Shown one piece after another: positions 1 through 13,281 of a DNA stretch of 64,000 nt (position 1 is the stretch's first letter; each line of letters begins with the position of its first letter). Source of the DNA: Eledone cirrhosa (taxonomy: Eukaryota); assembly GCA_964016885.1 (NCBI GenBank), contig OZ024743.1, positions 279,682,001-279,746,000 on the forward strand, written 5' to 3'. A program made the position numbers and the translations under genes. Under the pieces are notes generated by a model. That model ran no database searches and was not told where the DNA came from. It was given only the letters and a program-made list of their open reading frames with translations.

Positions 1-1130
1 CTGAATGTAAAGTTTTAGCCCCAGTAGCGAATAAATCATCATATTGCTGAGGTGACTAACAAAGTGAAACGAGCCAGCAACTAGAAGGCGCCGGGACATG
101 ACAAAATCCCAAAATACTGGTTGAAATATCTAACACATCGAGTACTTGCAAAGTGTTTAATGGGATTTTGACAGAACCAGATATATCAGCTGACAGACTA
201 ACTGAAATACACCATGATCCCCAATAATAATTGTTTCTTCTTTAGGCACAAGGCCAGCAATTACCCAGTGCATTACTGGTACTTTATTTTATCGACCCCG
301 TAAGGATGAAAGGCAAAGTCAACCTCGGCGGGATTTGAACTCAGATCGTAAAGGGACGTAACTATGCTGGAAAGCATGGCGTCCGACCCTCTATGGATAC
401 TGCCAATCCACCGCCTGATCCCCAATAATAATGATAGGACAAACTTCCAAACCTACAGATTTATGATATATCTACTTACAAGACTTCAAATGCAATAATA
501 TCGCAGAAATTGACCAAGCACCACGAGAAATCAACATGTTTTAAGAAGAACGGAAAGGATGCAACATAGACACATAGGCATGTAAAGGCCAACTACTAAT
601 CAACAAAGCCATAACAGAAAACTGCATAAACAGAACAAAAACCTCCGTAAGGTATATATTGAATACCAAGAAACTTCTGCCATTGTGCCCCACTGAACAC
701 ACAAACAAACAAAATAGCGCCAAGAAATAAACACATTCATCCACCATGCCATGAGTAAATGGCAAACATTTCTGTAAATAAAGATACTGATCCTATCCGA
801 ATTAACAACGACATAAATGAAAGAGATTCCCTTTCACTTTTCCTCTTATGTCATACACTGACACCATTATCTGAGATACTAAACATGACTAGACATAAAT
901 ATAAATGCTACAAGAAAACTAACCAGGTCCTGTATATCGACGATCTAAGAAATTAACATGAAATTTAAACCAGAAAAATAAACCAATGCAACCTATGAAG
1001 AGCGAAAACATTATGAAAATCAGATATACAAATACTTATAAATCAATGAACTAGACAGGGTTCAACTCACACAAACGAAAGAAAACATTAGAAAGGGATA
1101 CTATTAACGTATTAGATTACGACTCATCTT
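1..1130 (+). mobile_element. Decayed non-LTR retrotransposon RT fragment, R4/Dong-like
   Basis: 79-137 translates N*KAPGHDKIPKYWLKYLT (NWKAPGxD motif); GCNIDT*ACKGQLLINKAI at about 557-613; RDSLSLFLLCHTLTPLS and LYIDDL in ORF 759-956; many stops and frameshifts; interrupted by a SINE at 232-415. Confidence 0.7.
232..415 (-). mobile_element. tRNA-derived SINE with Nin/Deu-like central domain, full length
   Basis: Minus strand has A-box TGGCAGTATC, B-box GAGTTCAAATCC and the block GCCTTTCATCCTTACGGGGTCGATAAA; 17-bp TSD TGATCCCCAATAATAAT at 215-231 and 416-432. Confidence 0.93.
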
Positions 1131-1249
1131 ATGAAGAGTAACCTCAGTACAATAGAAACAACACCAACAAAAAAAACTGTCCGTACCCAAGGCACACTTT
1201 GATGCACAATAATGCAGTAGTGAAACGCAATAATACTATAAGTAATAAT

Positions 1250-1433
1250 TGTTTCTACTTTTGGCACAAGGGCAGCAATTATCCCAGTGTATTACTGGTA
1301 CTTCATTTTATCGGCCCCGTATGAATGAAAGGCAAAGTTAACCTCGGCGGGATTTGAACTCAGATCATAAAGGGCCGTAACTCTTTGCTGCAATGCATGG
1401 CGGCCGGCCCTTTACCGATACTGCCAATCCACC
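1250..1433 (-). mobile_element. Same SINE family
   Basis: High similarity to 232-415; TSD AAGTAATAAT at 1240-1249 and 1436-1445. Confidence 0.9.
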
Positions 1434-1839
1434 AAAAGTAATAATGATAATATTTTCTATATTTACCATGAGGGAGAAGTATACTAGAGACATTTACAAA
1501 TGGTGTGGGTTAAAATAGAAGTGAGTAGATAGGGATCATAATAATGGTTATGTCATAATCCTGTTATTCGTTTTCCTCTTAATGAGGAGGTCCAACATAT
1601 GTTTATTTCCCATGATATAATGGAAAAATGGGCAGAGAATTCAATCATGTATTGAAAATTAATCGATCAACAAGGACTTTTTGAACTCATTATACACACT
1701 ATACGCACACACTCATATACACGAGATAATACATACACACGTAAATACACAGACACTCACATACATGTATGCATTTATACGTACATATAATTGTTAATTT
1801 AATTAATCACAAAAGTGAATGATATATATTGGTATCTAC

Positions 1840-1871
<32 letters not shown>

Positions 1872-2416
1872 CACCACATATTATTTAAATCGGTATAAGT
1901 TGTATTTTTCTATATTTCTATACATATGTATAAATGTATCTAATTTTTGTATGCATCTATTGTCTAAAGTCATACACATATAATTTTAATTATTACTTAT
2001 TAGGAAGAAGTGCGACATTCCTGATCTTTGGTCGCTCTCTTAAGCTAGATGGGTGCTCTTTGCTGATTACGTTTAACCTCACAGTAACTGTGGAATAACA
2101 TTCTCTCTTGGGAGGAATAACGTGGAAAGTATTTAGGGAGTGATATATGAATTAAGATAATAGGAATGAGGAAAGGAGGACGAACATTTGCTTCGAATGA
2201 GTTTTTATTGAACTTGCTAACTGATAAGTTAAAAATCCATTATAATAAAAGAAATATGGGGAAGTATCAGCGTATATGTTGGATAGTGTGTGTTTGATAA
2301 TTACTGGGCAAGTAATTATTTGTCTAAGAATGGGTGGGATGGCATGTTCACAGATATGATATTGTATACTCGTGTCCCCCTGTGTTGTACCATTGCTCTC
2401 AAATATGTTCGAGTAA

Positions 2417-2598
2417 TGTTTCTACTGTCCGCACAAGGCCAGCAATTATCCCAGCGCATTACTGGTGCTTTATTTTATCGATCCCGTAAGGATGAAAGGC
2501 AAAGCTAACCTCGGCAGGATTTGAACTTAGAAAGTAGAGGTTCATAACTCTATGCTGCAAAGCATGGTGTCTAACGTTCTACCGATACTGCCAAACCC
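2417..2598 (-). mobile_element. Same SINE family, diverged copy
   Basis: Colinear with 232-415 (GCACAAGGCCAGCAATT...GGATTTGAACT...GATACTGCCAA). Confidence 0.88.
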
Positions 2599-3477
2599 TT
2601 GTACGTGTAAGCGATATTAGCACAATTGTAACGTGGCTTACGTTTAGTCAATACAGAAAAATATCCTGGTCCTAAAGAAACCAAGTCTTTGGTATGTGTG
2701 TTTGACATTGTTATGTATGATTTGGTGTTATGCGCGATCATCAAAGATAATGGAGCGAAGCACTCGTAGCATATATAAGATGATATCTAAGGGATGTTCA
2801 AGTGCAACGTTCTCCTTTATATATAGAAATATATATGTACTTGGTGCAGTGTAGTTAATCTATTTAAATTGATTTTAGCGTAAGGTAGAAACTGCGGGAG
2901 GGATTATATTTCAGAAAAATTCACATCACAATAACAATGATAATGATAAATATTGATGTGCACTACACCATATACGAGAAAGTCTGAGATTAATTTAATG
3001 TAGGACTAAATACAGTTTAAATTATAAGAATAAATATAATGTATGCATGCTATAGGTATACATCATTTTGCATTATAAAGCTTTGAGAAATTTAAAATTT
3101 GAGAATATAATTGATGTAATGCAGATAACTATAATACTAGTTCATCATTATAAATAATCTGCATTGGAATGGTTCTATCTACTATAGTTATCTTCAAGGA
3201 GAGAAAAATAATTCACTTTTATCCCGATGATAGCCAATCAGCTATAAACATGTAAACGCAATCCTAATACTTTTTTCTGTGTACAATCTAAACAATAACT
3301 TAATACCTACGTTAGTTTTAATTTAATAATTATTTTAATTTGTTTACGTTTCCATAGAAAGGTTTCTGTTTAAGCTCTAAATATTCCTACATTAAATAGT
3401 TACATAATAATAATGTCTGTGATTTTTGAGATAGCAATACAGGTGAGCATGACGGCTGTAATGATCATGATAATAAT

Positions 3478-3580
3478 TGTTTCTACGTTAGGCACAAGGC
3501 CAGCAATTATCCAGTGTATTACTGGTACTTTATTTTATCGACCTCGTAAGGATGAAAGGCAAAATTAACCTTGGCGGGAT
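3478..3580 (-). mobile_element. 5'-truncated SINE copy
   Basis: 3' half of the family; exact 17-bp TSD ATGATCATGATAATAAT at 3461-3477 and 3581-3597. Confidence 0.9.
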
Positions 3581-4180
3581 ATGATCATGATAATAATGGA
3601 TGTTTATAGTAAACAATAAGAGCGACGATGGCGACGACGATGAAGAGAATGATGGCAATTATGATGATAGTGAAGATGATAATGATTATCATCTTCTTCA
3701 CTTTGGTGGTCGGGCTGGTGGTAGTTTTTGATAGGGGTGGTGGCGATCATAATGGTGGTGTTGAAGACGATGATGATAATGATAAAGACAAAAATGGTGG
3801 GTCATGATGAAAAAGATGATGGGTTTGATGATGGAGATGATGATGATATAAGTGATAGTTGCACAACATATCAAACCAGGATAAATAAATAAACAAATCT
3901 ACATACGCACACACATACACTCACACATACAGAGATGTCGTTAGATATGAATAACATCACTCTCTTTCTTATTTTTATAGTGATAGCAAAGACGTTTATT
4001 GCCAGACGTATCACACTGATATCACACAGCATATAACCTTTACTATGAGATCATTTATTTGATACGTTCAATGGAACAACAACATAACAATTTGACAAAA
4101 ACACACACATACACACAGGTATATACATAGACATACAAAAGCTAGAATACATGCCATTCTATTCATACCACTCTCCCCCT

Positions 4181-4481
<301 letters not shown>

Positions 4482-4494
4482 AAGTGTTAAAACG

Positions 4495-4541
4495 ATCTGA
4501 CAATTGTTTCTTCCAGAGGGAAGTCTGGTATCATCAGAGCC
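4495..4541 (-). ncRNA. Minimal type I hammerhead ribozyme motif (PLE-type), weak stem I
   Basis: Minus strand: GGCT-CTGATGA-TA-CCAGA-cttccc-TCTGG-AA-GAAA-CAATTG-TC-AGAT; palindromic stem III; next to a (TA)n tract. Confidence 0.65.
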
Positions 4542-5171
4542 TAAGGAATGTCTAAAGATGTAACTAAAATCCTAGTCATATAGAACATTTAGGGTACATA
4601 ATTGTTATTAGTGTCAAAGACATCATGTGGAGAATCAGGAGTTAAAAAGATGTTCTGCTTGAAAGAACACAATTACAGGCAACACTGGTTGGAAGTGTAA
4701 TAGGTATAAGTAAAAAAGCACAAGCAAAAAAATCACAAGCAAAAAAAAGACAGGCAAAAAAGTTATAAGCAAGGAAAATCGGTGTACAATGCAGGAGCCA
4801 AAACAGTCAATAATGCATGTATGAGGAAAGAGTTATAATGCAGTTGAAATAAACATATTTTGTGTGGGGCGTTAAAGCAAGTTATAATTGTTATAAATGT
4901 TTAAGATAGCGTGCAATTTGTTAGAGAGGCATTGGGTGATAATGTAGGTATGTTTTATGTAAGGTGTAATGCAAAGCACGTTATAGAGTTGGGTATGTGA
5001 TTTTCACTTAAGTGTTTTTGTGTTGTAGTTCGTATATATGTGTATGTGTTGTTTGTTACTCACAGCTATTAACCACGGGTTTATTTTGAGTCGTTTATAG
5101 TCAATAAGTGTTTGTTTGTTAAATGCAAATTCCACCGAATTACTAGCCATTTTATATATATATATATATAT

Positions 5172-6420
5172 TAGGGTGGCCCTTAACAATATGGAATTTT
5201 CCGCAGTTTTGCTGCTTCCAGCCCTAATCTTGACAAAACACGGGGTGTGTAAAATTTCAGTTCAATCGGACAACTGTTATGTGACCCTCAAACGCCTTGA
5301 AGTTGAAACATAGTATACGCAACGATTAATTCTGTTCAAAAGCGGTATACTTTTCCCTATCTCGACCATTTGCTTTTTTTCTTCTTAGAGAAAATTAATG
5401 TGGACACACCCAGGCAACCCCAGCAAATGTTTAAAAATGTTCTGAATCAAATTTACCAATAGTTAATTTGAAAAGTTCCTGAAATAACATGAACAATTTG
5501 AAAAAATATTAGGTTTTCTTAATAAAGCACACAACTTCTATAAGAGAAACGCATTTTTATTTACAACAATAATTTCTATAGAATCAAAAACATAATGTCA
5601 ACACTGAACACTGAATATTGAACATTATTTTTGAGGGCGGTGGATTGGCAGTATCGGTAGAGGGTCGGACGCCATGCTTTGACGCATAGAGTTACGGCCC
5701 TTGCCATTCTGAGTTCAAATCCCGCCGAGGTTAACTTTGCCTTTCATCCTTACGGGGTCGATAAAATAAAGTACCAGTAATACACTGGGTAATTTCTGGC
5801 CTTGTGCCAAACGTAGAAACAATTATTTTTGCATAAGGTTCGGACGCCATACTTTGACGCATAGAGTTACGGCCCTTGCCATTCTGAGTTCAAATCCCGC
5901 CGAGGTTAACTTTGCCTTTCATCCTTACGGGGTCGATAAAATAAAGTACCAGTAATGTACTGGTAATTTGCTGGCCTTGTGCCAAAAGTAGAAACAATTA
6001 TTTTTGCATAAGAGAGTATTTAGTGGCAGTTGGGTATGCTTTACGGTTTTCGGTAACGATATTTAAAACAAATTGTTTGTCAGTTTCATCTTTTGTGAGA
6101 ATGTCATTGTAATTCTGAATGAGTTTGACACCTCTTTCTACATCATTCACCACTGTCTTCTCAAGTTTTTCAAGTCCACTTTTGTAACCAGGATCATCCT
6201 TCCATGTTGAAGGGTCTTTGTCGAGGAAATCGGTGCTGATGGAAAGTTTTTTGTTTTTTTAACCAGGAGTTACAAAAGACGAAAACTCAATGTTTGTAAA
6301 GGAAGAAAACCCATTTTGGTGCAGAATGTACCTCTTCAGTTGATTTTTTTCTTCTTCCTTTTCTTCACCTTTGTCAGCTTCCAGCATAACTTGAGCAATA
6401 TTTGCCTTAACCTCTCCTTG
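5172..6420 (-). mobile_element. hATm-like DNA transposon remnant (one end plus transposase C-terminus)
   Basis: Terminus TAGGGTGGCC at 5172; minus strand of about 6002-6160 translates KTVVNDVERGVKLIQNYNDILTKDETDKQFVLNIVTENRKAYP, resembling the hATm C-terminal VVND.AERGVKL motif. Confidence 0.7.
5635..6001 (+). mobile_element. SINE plus tandem partial duplicate
   Basis: Full copy about 5635-5826 followed by a near-identical copy lacking the 5' end, about 5838-6001. Confidence 0.92.
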
Positions 6421-6720
6421 CCCTCCTTGCTCTCCTTGCTTTCCATTTATCCTTCCTCTCTTTGCTTCCCTTTCTCATTGATCTCCTTGCTCTCCTTTTA
6501 TCCTTCCTCTCCTTGCTCTCCCTTTCTCATTGTTCTCCTTGCTCTCCTTTTCTCATTGCTCTCCTTGCTTTCCTTTTCTCATTGCTCTCCTCGCTCTCCT
6601 TTTATCCTTCCTCTCCTTGCACTTCCTTTCTCATTGCTCTCCTTGCTCTTTTTTATCTTTGCTCTCCTTGCTCTCCTTTTATCATTGCTCTCCTTTTCTC
6701 CTGGCTCTCCCTTTCTCCTT
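6410..6720. repeat. CT-rich minisatellite (CTCTCCTTG / CTTTCTCATTG / TTTATCCTTC units)
   Basis: Direct reading; produces the spurious Leu/Ser/Pro ORFs at 6316-6919. Confidence 0.85.
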
Positions 6721-6794
6721 GTATCCATGTACTTTTTATATACAAATACAATGAGAAAAGGAGAGCAAGGAGAAATATGAAATCAAGGATAGAG

Positions 6795-6922
6795 GTTTTC
6801 CTTTCATCCTTACGGGGTCGATATTTTGAGGTTTTGCCTTTCATCCTTACGGGGTTGATAAAATAAAGTACCAGTAATACACTGGGTAATTTCTGGCCTT
6901 GTGCCAAATGTAGAAACAATTA
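6795..6922 (+). mobile_element. Truncated SINE copy with duplicated central block and (ATT)n tail
   Basis: CCTTTCATCCTTACGGGGT occurs twice, then the family 3' end GTAGAAACAATTATT. Confidence 0.85.
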
Positions 6923-6940
6923 TTATTATTATTATTATTA

Positions 6941-7924
6941 GTCCCTGTTTATCAGACGGGCCTTTCCGCAGCTTGTCTCTTTGACTAGGCTGCAGTCCTG
7001 GGTCAAGAAGAGACAGAGACTGGGTGACTGGCATCTGAAATGTTGCCAGGAACTCACAGCCCTCTACCAGGCGGACACTGTGGTCAGTGTGACGACGCAC
7101 TCGGAGTTGCTCTGGATGTCAACGAAGTCGAACTGACCAGTCTATTCCGGAGGACTTTCGAGCCGGGGACGATGGATGACTCCAGAAATCCCTCGCTAGG
7201 CAGTGCTACCGGAGGGAGGGGTGCTGCCGGTTCAAGATAAACTCTACAAGCACAGAAGTGCTGTCAGACGGACCTGCCCTCGCTGCGCCGAGACCGACGA
7301 AACCCTTCTGCACGCACTCGACCAATGTCCGTGCATTACTGACTTGTGGAGTTATGTCAAATAGCTGTTGTCGCGTGTAGAACGGCTCCAGTTATTGACC
7401 GAGTCCATAGGTAATATCGACTCGCTGCCATCTTTTGGCCAGGAAGGGCAGGCAATATTCCTTTCTCTGGTGGCAGTTGAGAAAGAGGTTGTATGGTGTA
7501 CCGGAATGAAAGGACTGAAGATAGACAATTTTCTCTTCGGCCAATCCCTCATCAACTTCTTCGAGTTTCACCTGGAAAGGTGTTGAGGGTGACGAGACAA
7601 GTGCTGCCCACCAGTACAATTGTTAAAAGGTGGATGACCATGCGCCTGTAGGCTAGTTAATTTGAGGAGGAGAGGGGTGCCCTCCCCGAGTGCCCTGGAA
7701 ATGTTGGGTGGTTCAGGCTTGTTGGGGTACCTGGATCACCCCTGGGTTCTCAACTCCCCTATTGAGGAATTTATTTTGTTATGTTTATACATAGTTTATT
7801 TTATATTTTCACAGTTAAATTGGTTTTGCCTTTGTGCACTTTTACTCGAGCTTATTGTAAACCCCCACTGTCCGTGTTTTTGTATTATCCCCTACATCTC
7901 GGCCCTTGTGGCCAATAAATGAAA
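6941..7924 (+). mobile_element. 5'-truncated Tx1-like (L1 group) LINE, 3' portion
   Basis: Homologous to about 15350-16376; C-terminal zinc-finger region CPRC..TDETLLHALDQCP; ends AATAAATGAAA; (ATT)n on both sides. Confidence 0.8.
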
Positions 7925-8184
7925 TTATTATTATTATCATTATTATGATAATGCTCATTTTTAAACCGAATGATTTACACTCAAATGAGAAGCATTAGTC
8001 AGTTCTTGTGCCATTTCATGTGATGTTGCAATAGGTGCATCATCATCAACAAACAAGAAATTACGAATAAAATATTTTCGTGTCAGTTTCTAGACTTACT
8101 TGCTGATGGCTGAATAACCAATTCGAGGTATGTAATTCAAATCTGTTACCAGTTTCTAAGTCGCCATATTCATACTGGAATATT

Positions 8185-8807
8185 ACAGAGAAGAATGGTG
8201 GTTGGCGGTGAAGAAATAGAGGAGGTGGAGGAATACGTCTACATAGGACAAGAAGTGAACATGCGCCGAGACATTGAGAGGGAGATCTCGCGGAGAGTAA
8301 GGGCCGGGTGGAAGGCGTTCAACGGCATAAGAGATGTGCTCAAGGGGAGGTTGGACAAGACCACCCGCGCCACTCACTTCAATAGCACAGTTTTGCAATG
8401 TTATATGGCAGTGAAACTTGGGCTACAACGAAGAGACAAGAGCAAAGGCTGGTAACGGCTCAAAGAGCCATTGAGAGATCAATGCTAGGAATATCGTTGA
8501 GAGAGCACATCAGTAACGAAGTCATCAATCAGAAGTCTGGCGTGAGGGACGTCATCATGGAATATATGCGCAGCAAGTTCAGATGAGCTGGACACGTCGC
8601 CCGGTTCACCGATAATCGGTGGTCCCGCGCAGTTGCCGAGTGGAACCAGTGCGACCACTCGGAAGGCCTCCACGAAGGTGGAGTTACGAATTTAGAAATA
8701 TGATTGGGACTACATGGATGAGGAAAGCATGATCCAGAGAGGAATGGACGACGTGGTGTGACCAGCGGCGCCAAATGGACGCCCGACAGACTGGTCGGTC
8801 AAGGTGA
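8185..8807 (+). mobile_element. 5'-truncated RTE-clade LINE, 3' end
   Basis: IEEVEEYVYIGQ, YGSETW, KFR*AGHVARFTDNRWSRAVAEW motifs of the RTE ORF C-terminus; frameshifted. Confidence 0.88.
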
Positions 8808-8819
8808 TATATATATATC

Positions 8820-9731
<912 letters not shown>

Positions 9732-10302
9732 ATATTAAATAAATGGAAACTATATTTATAAAACCATATTTAATCTATTATATATATTTCAAGGGTACCA
9801 AAAACTTTGACATACACATATGTATATGTGTGTGTGCATGTATGTGTGTGTGCGTGTGTGTGTTGGCAGATAAATGGAAGGGAATAGAGAGAGAGGTAGG
9901 CAGATAGGCATAATACAAAGAATATGCATACATATATAAATGATTGAATATATACATTCATATCGTTAAAGTTTCATATATCTACCATGTTTTCACTCTA
10001 CTAATGTCTAACATTTTTTTGTCTCACCCTCTTTTTCTACCTCATGCACATTCCTTCACTGTCACTTTCTTATTTTCTCATCAAACTACTATTATATATA
10101 TTTACTCTATCCCGTCACTTATCCTTTGTTTTTTATGTTAATATACTCTTCCCGCTTAATCGTACCGTCTCCATTCCCAGCATTGTATATTTATTTATTT
10201 ACTAAATACCAATATATGTGTCTGTCTATCAATTAAATGGTGTCAATATATATCTGTATATGCTTATGTACCACTCTGTCTCTCTTCATCTATCGATCTG
10301 TG

Positions 10303-10421
<119 letters not shown>

Positions 10422-10426
10422 CTTCT

Positions 10427-10484
<58 letters not shown>

Positions 10485-10490
10485 TTCTAC

Positions 10491-10578
<88 letters not shown>

Positions 10579-10581
10579 TTC

Positions 10582-10651
<70 letters not shown>

Positions 10652-10807
10652 AATATATATACTTCTACATATATATATATATATATATAGATAAATCTAC
10701 CAAGAGTTTACGGTAGTGTCCAATCCGTAATCGTTAAATAATGAACTTTTTTTGTTTAATGAACTTTTTTTGTTTAATATAAGGAACTGTTTCATTGTTT
10801 TATTCAT

Positions 10808-10905
<98 letters not shown>

Positions 10906-11009
10906 TTCTACATATATATATATATATATATATATATAAATGGACCGAGGAAACAACCTTTTGATGGGTATTTCCAATTGCTAATACTATCTATCGGTCT
11001 CAACTCCAG

Positions 11010-11134
11010 GTAGAAGGAGCAATGTGAAATAAAGTGTCTTGCTCAAGGACATAACGCTTCACCTGGTCCGGGAATCGAACTCACAACCTCACGATTGCGA
11101 ATCCAATTCGCTAACCAATCAGCCACAAGCCTTC
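11010..11134 (-). mobile_element. tRNA-derived SINE of a second family (5' part)
   Basis: Minus strand A-box TGGCTGATTGG and B-box GAGTTCGATTCC followed by GTCCTTGAGCAAGACACTTTA. Confidence 0.75.
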
Positions 11135-11221
<87 letters not shown>

Positions 11222-11278
11222 AAATATATATATATATATATAGTTAAAAGAATAGAGGTGTAACACACAAGTTATTAT

Positions 11279-11776
11279 ATATTGGTAAACGGAATAGAAA
11301 ATGCTGACAAATTGTTCACAGTTGAAAAATGGTTTAATTAGGAATAAAAGAGTATTAGTGATTGTATCGGTTAGTATTCAGTTGTGGTTTTAAGTTCTTA
11401 AGTTTTTACCGGTTGCGCATTTCTAAATGCTTTTCAAAAATAATTTTGAGATAGAGTGTCCGTGCTGTTTGCTCTGATCTGATTAGTTTAGGGAATTCTA
11501 CCTGTTTTTATGTTAAAAAAGTGGCTCCAGCGTTATTTTTGTGTTGCAAAAATGCTTGTGGTCAAAACAATTTTGATTGGTCGGTAGAGGTCATGTGAAT
11601 GTAAAAAGTTGATTTTGCGCCAAGACTGTTTTTATGTTAAAAAAGTGGCTCCAGCAAAAATTATTGGTCAAAACAATTTTGATTGGTCTATAGTGGTCAT
11701 GTGGATAAAAAATTGGTTTTGCGCCAAGATTGAGAAATGACTCTTTCACAACAAATATGTGTGTGTGTGTGTGTGT

Positions 11777-11849
<73 letters not shown>

Positions 11850-12423
11850 TGTGAGTGTGTGTGTGTGTGTAGTAGTAGTAGTAAGGTGTTCGATGCTGCG
11901 ACAATGGCCAGCAGCGATGTGTGTCAAATGGCTATTAAGATAAGTGTGTGTGTGTGTGTGTGTGTATAGCAGAGTAATTCGATGGTCAGTAAGAATGTGT
12001 CTGAAAGCAATGTCAAAAGATATTTTTCAGCTTTTGTCTTATACGGAGAAGTGCGTGTGTGTGTGTGTGTGTGTGTAAAACAGTCTTGGCGCAAAATCAA
12101 CTTTTTACATTCACATGACCTCTACCGACCAATCAAAATTGTTTTGACCACAAGCATTTTTGCAACACAAAAATAACGCTGGAGCCACTTTTTTAGCATA
12201 AAAACAGGTAGAATTCCCAAAACTAATCAGATCAGAGCAAACAGCACGGACACTCTATCTCAATATTATTTTTGAAAAGCATTTAGAAATGCGCAACCGG
12301 TAGAAACTTAAAAACTTAAAACCACAACTGAATACTAACCCATACAATCACTAATACTCTTTTATTCCTAATTAAACCATTTTTCAACTGTGAACAATTT
12401 GTCAGCATTTTCTATTCCGTTTA

Positions 12424-12431
<8 letters not shown>
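11279..12431. repeat. Long inverted repeat (about 350-bp arms) with a degenerate hammerhead in each arm
   Basis: 11279-11632 is the reverse complement of 12076-12431; right arm has TTGAAAA-GCAT-ttagaa-ATGC-GCAA-CCGG-TA (decayed CTGAAGA...GAAA-CCGG-TH). Confidence 0.85.
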
Positions 12432-13187
<756 letters not shown>

Positions 13188-13281
13188 GATAGATAGACAG
13201 ATCGATAGATGAAGAGGAAAACAGAGACAGAGAAGTTCTCGTATATAAATATCTCCCTACCTATCTATCTGTCTATCTATC

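Noticed and set aside
232-415. tRNA gene call from A- and B-boxes
   Set aside because: No cloverleaf; the boxes belong to a multi-copy SINE with TSDs.
3600-3860. Asp-rich GAT/GAC stretch as a possible exon
   Set aside because: Degenerate (GAT)n/(GGT)n low-complexity DNA with stops and no clear splice structure.
6316-6919. Hydrophobic ORFs resembling membrane proteins
   Set aside because: Derived from a CT-rich minisatellite open in several frames.
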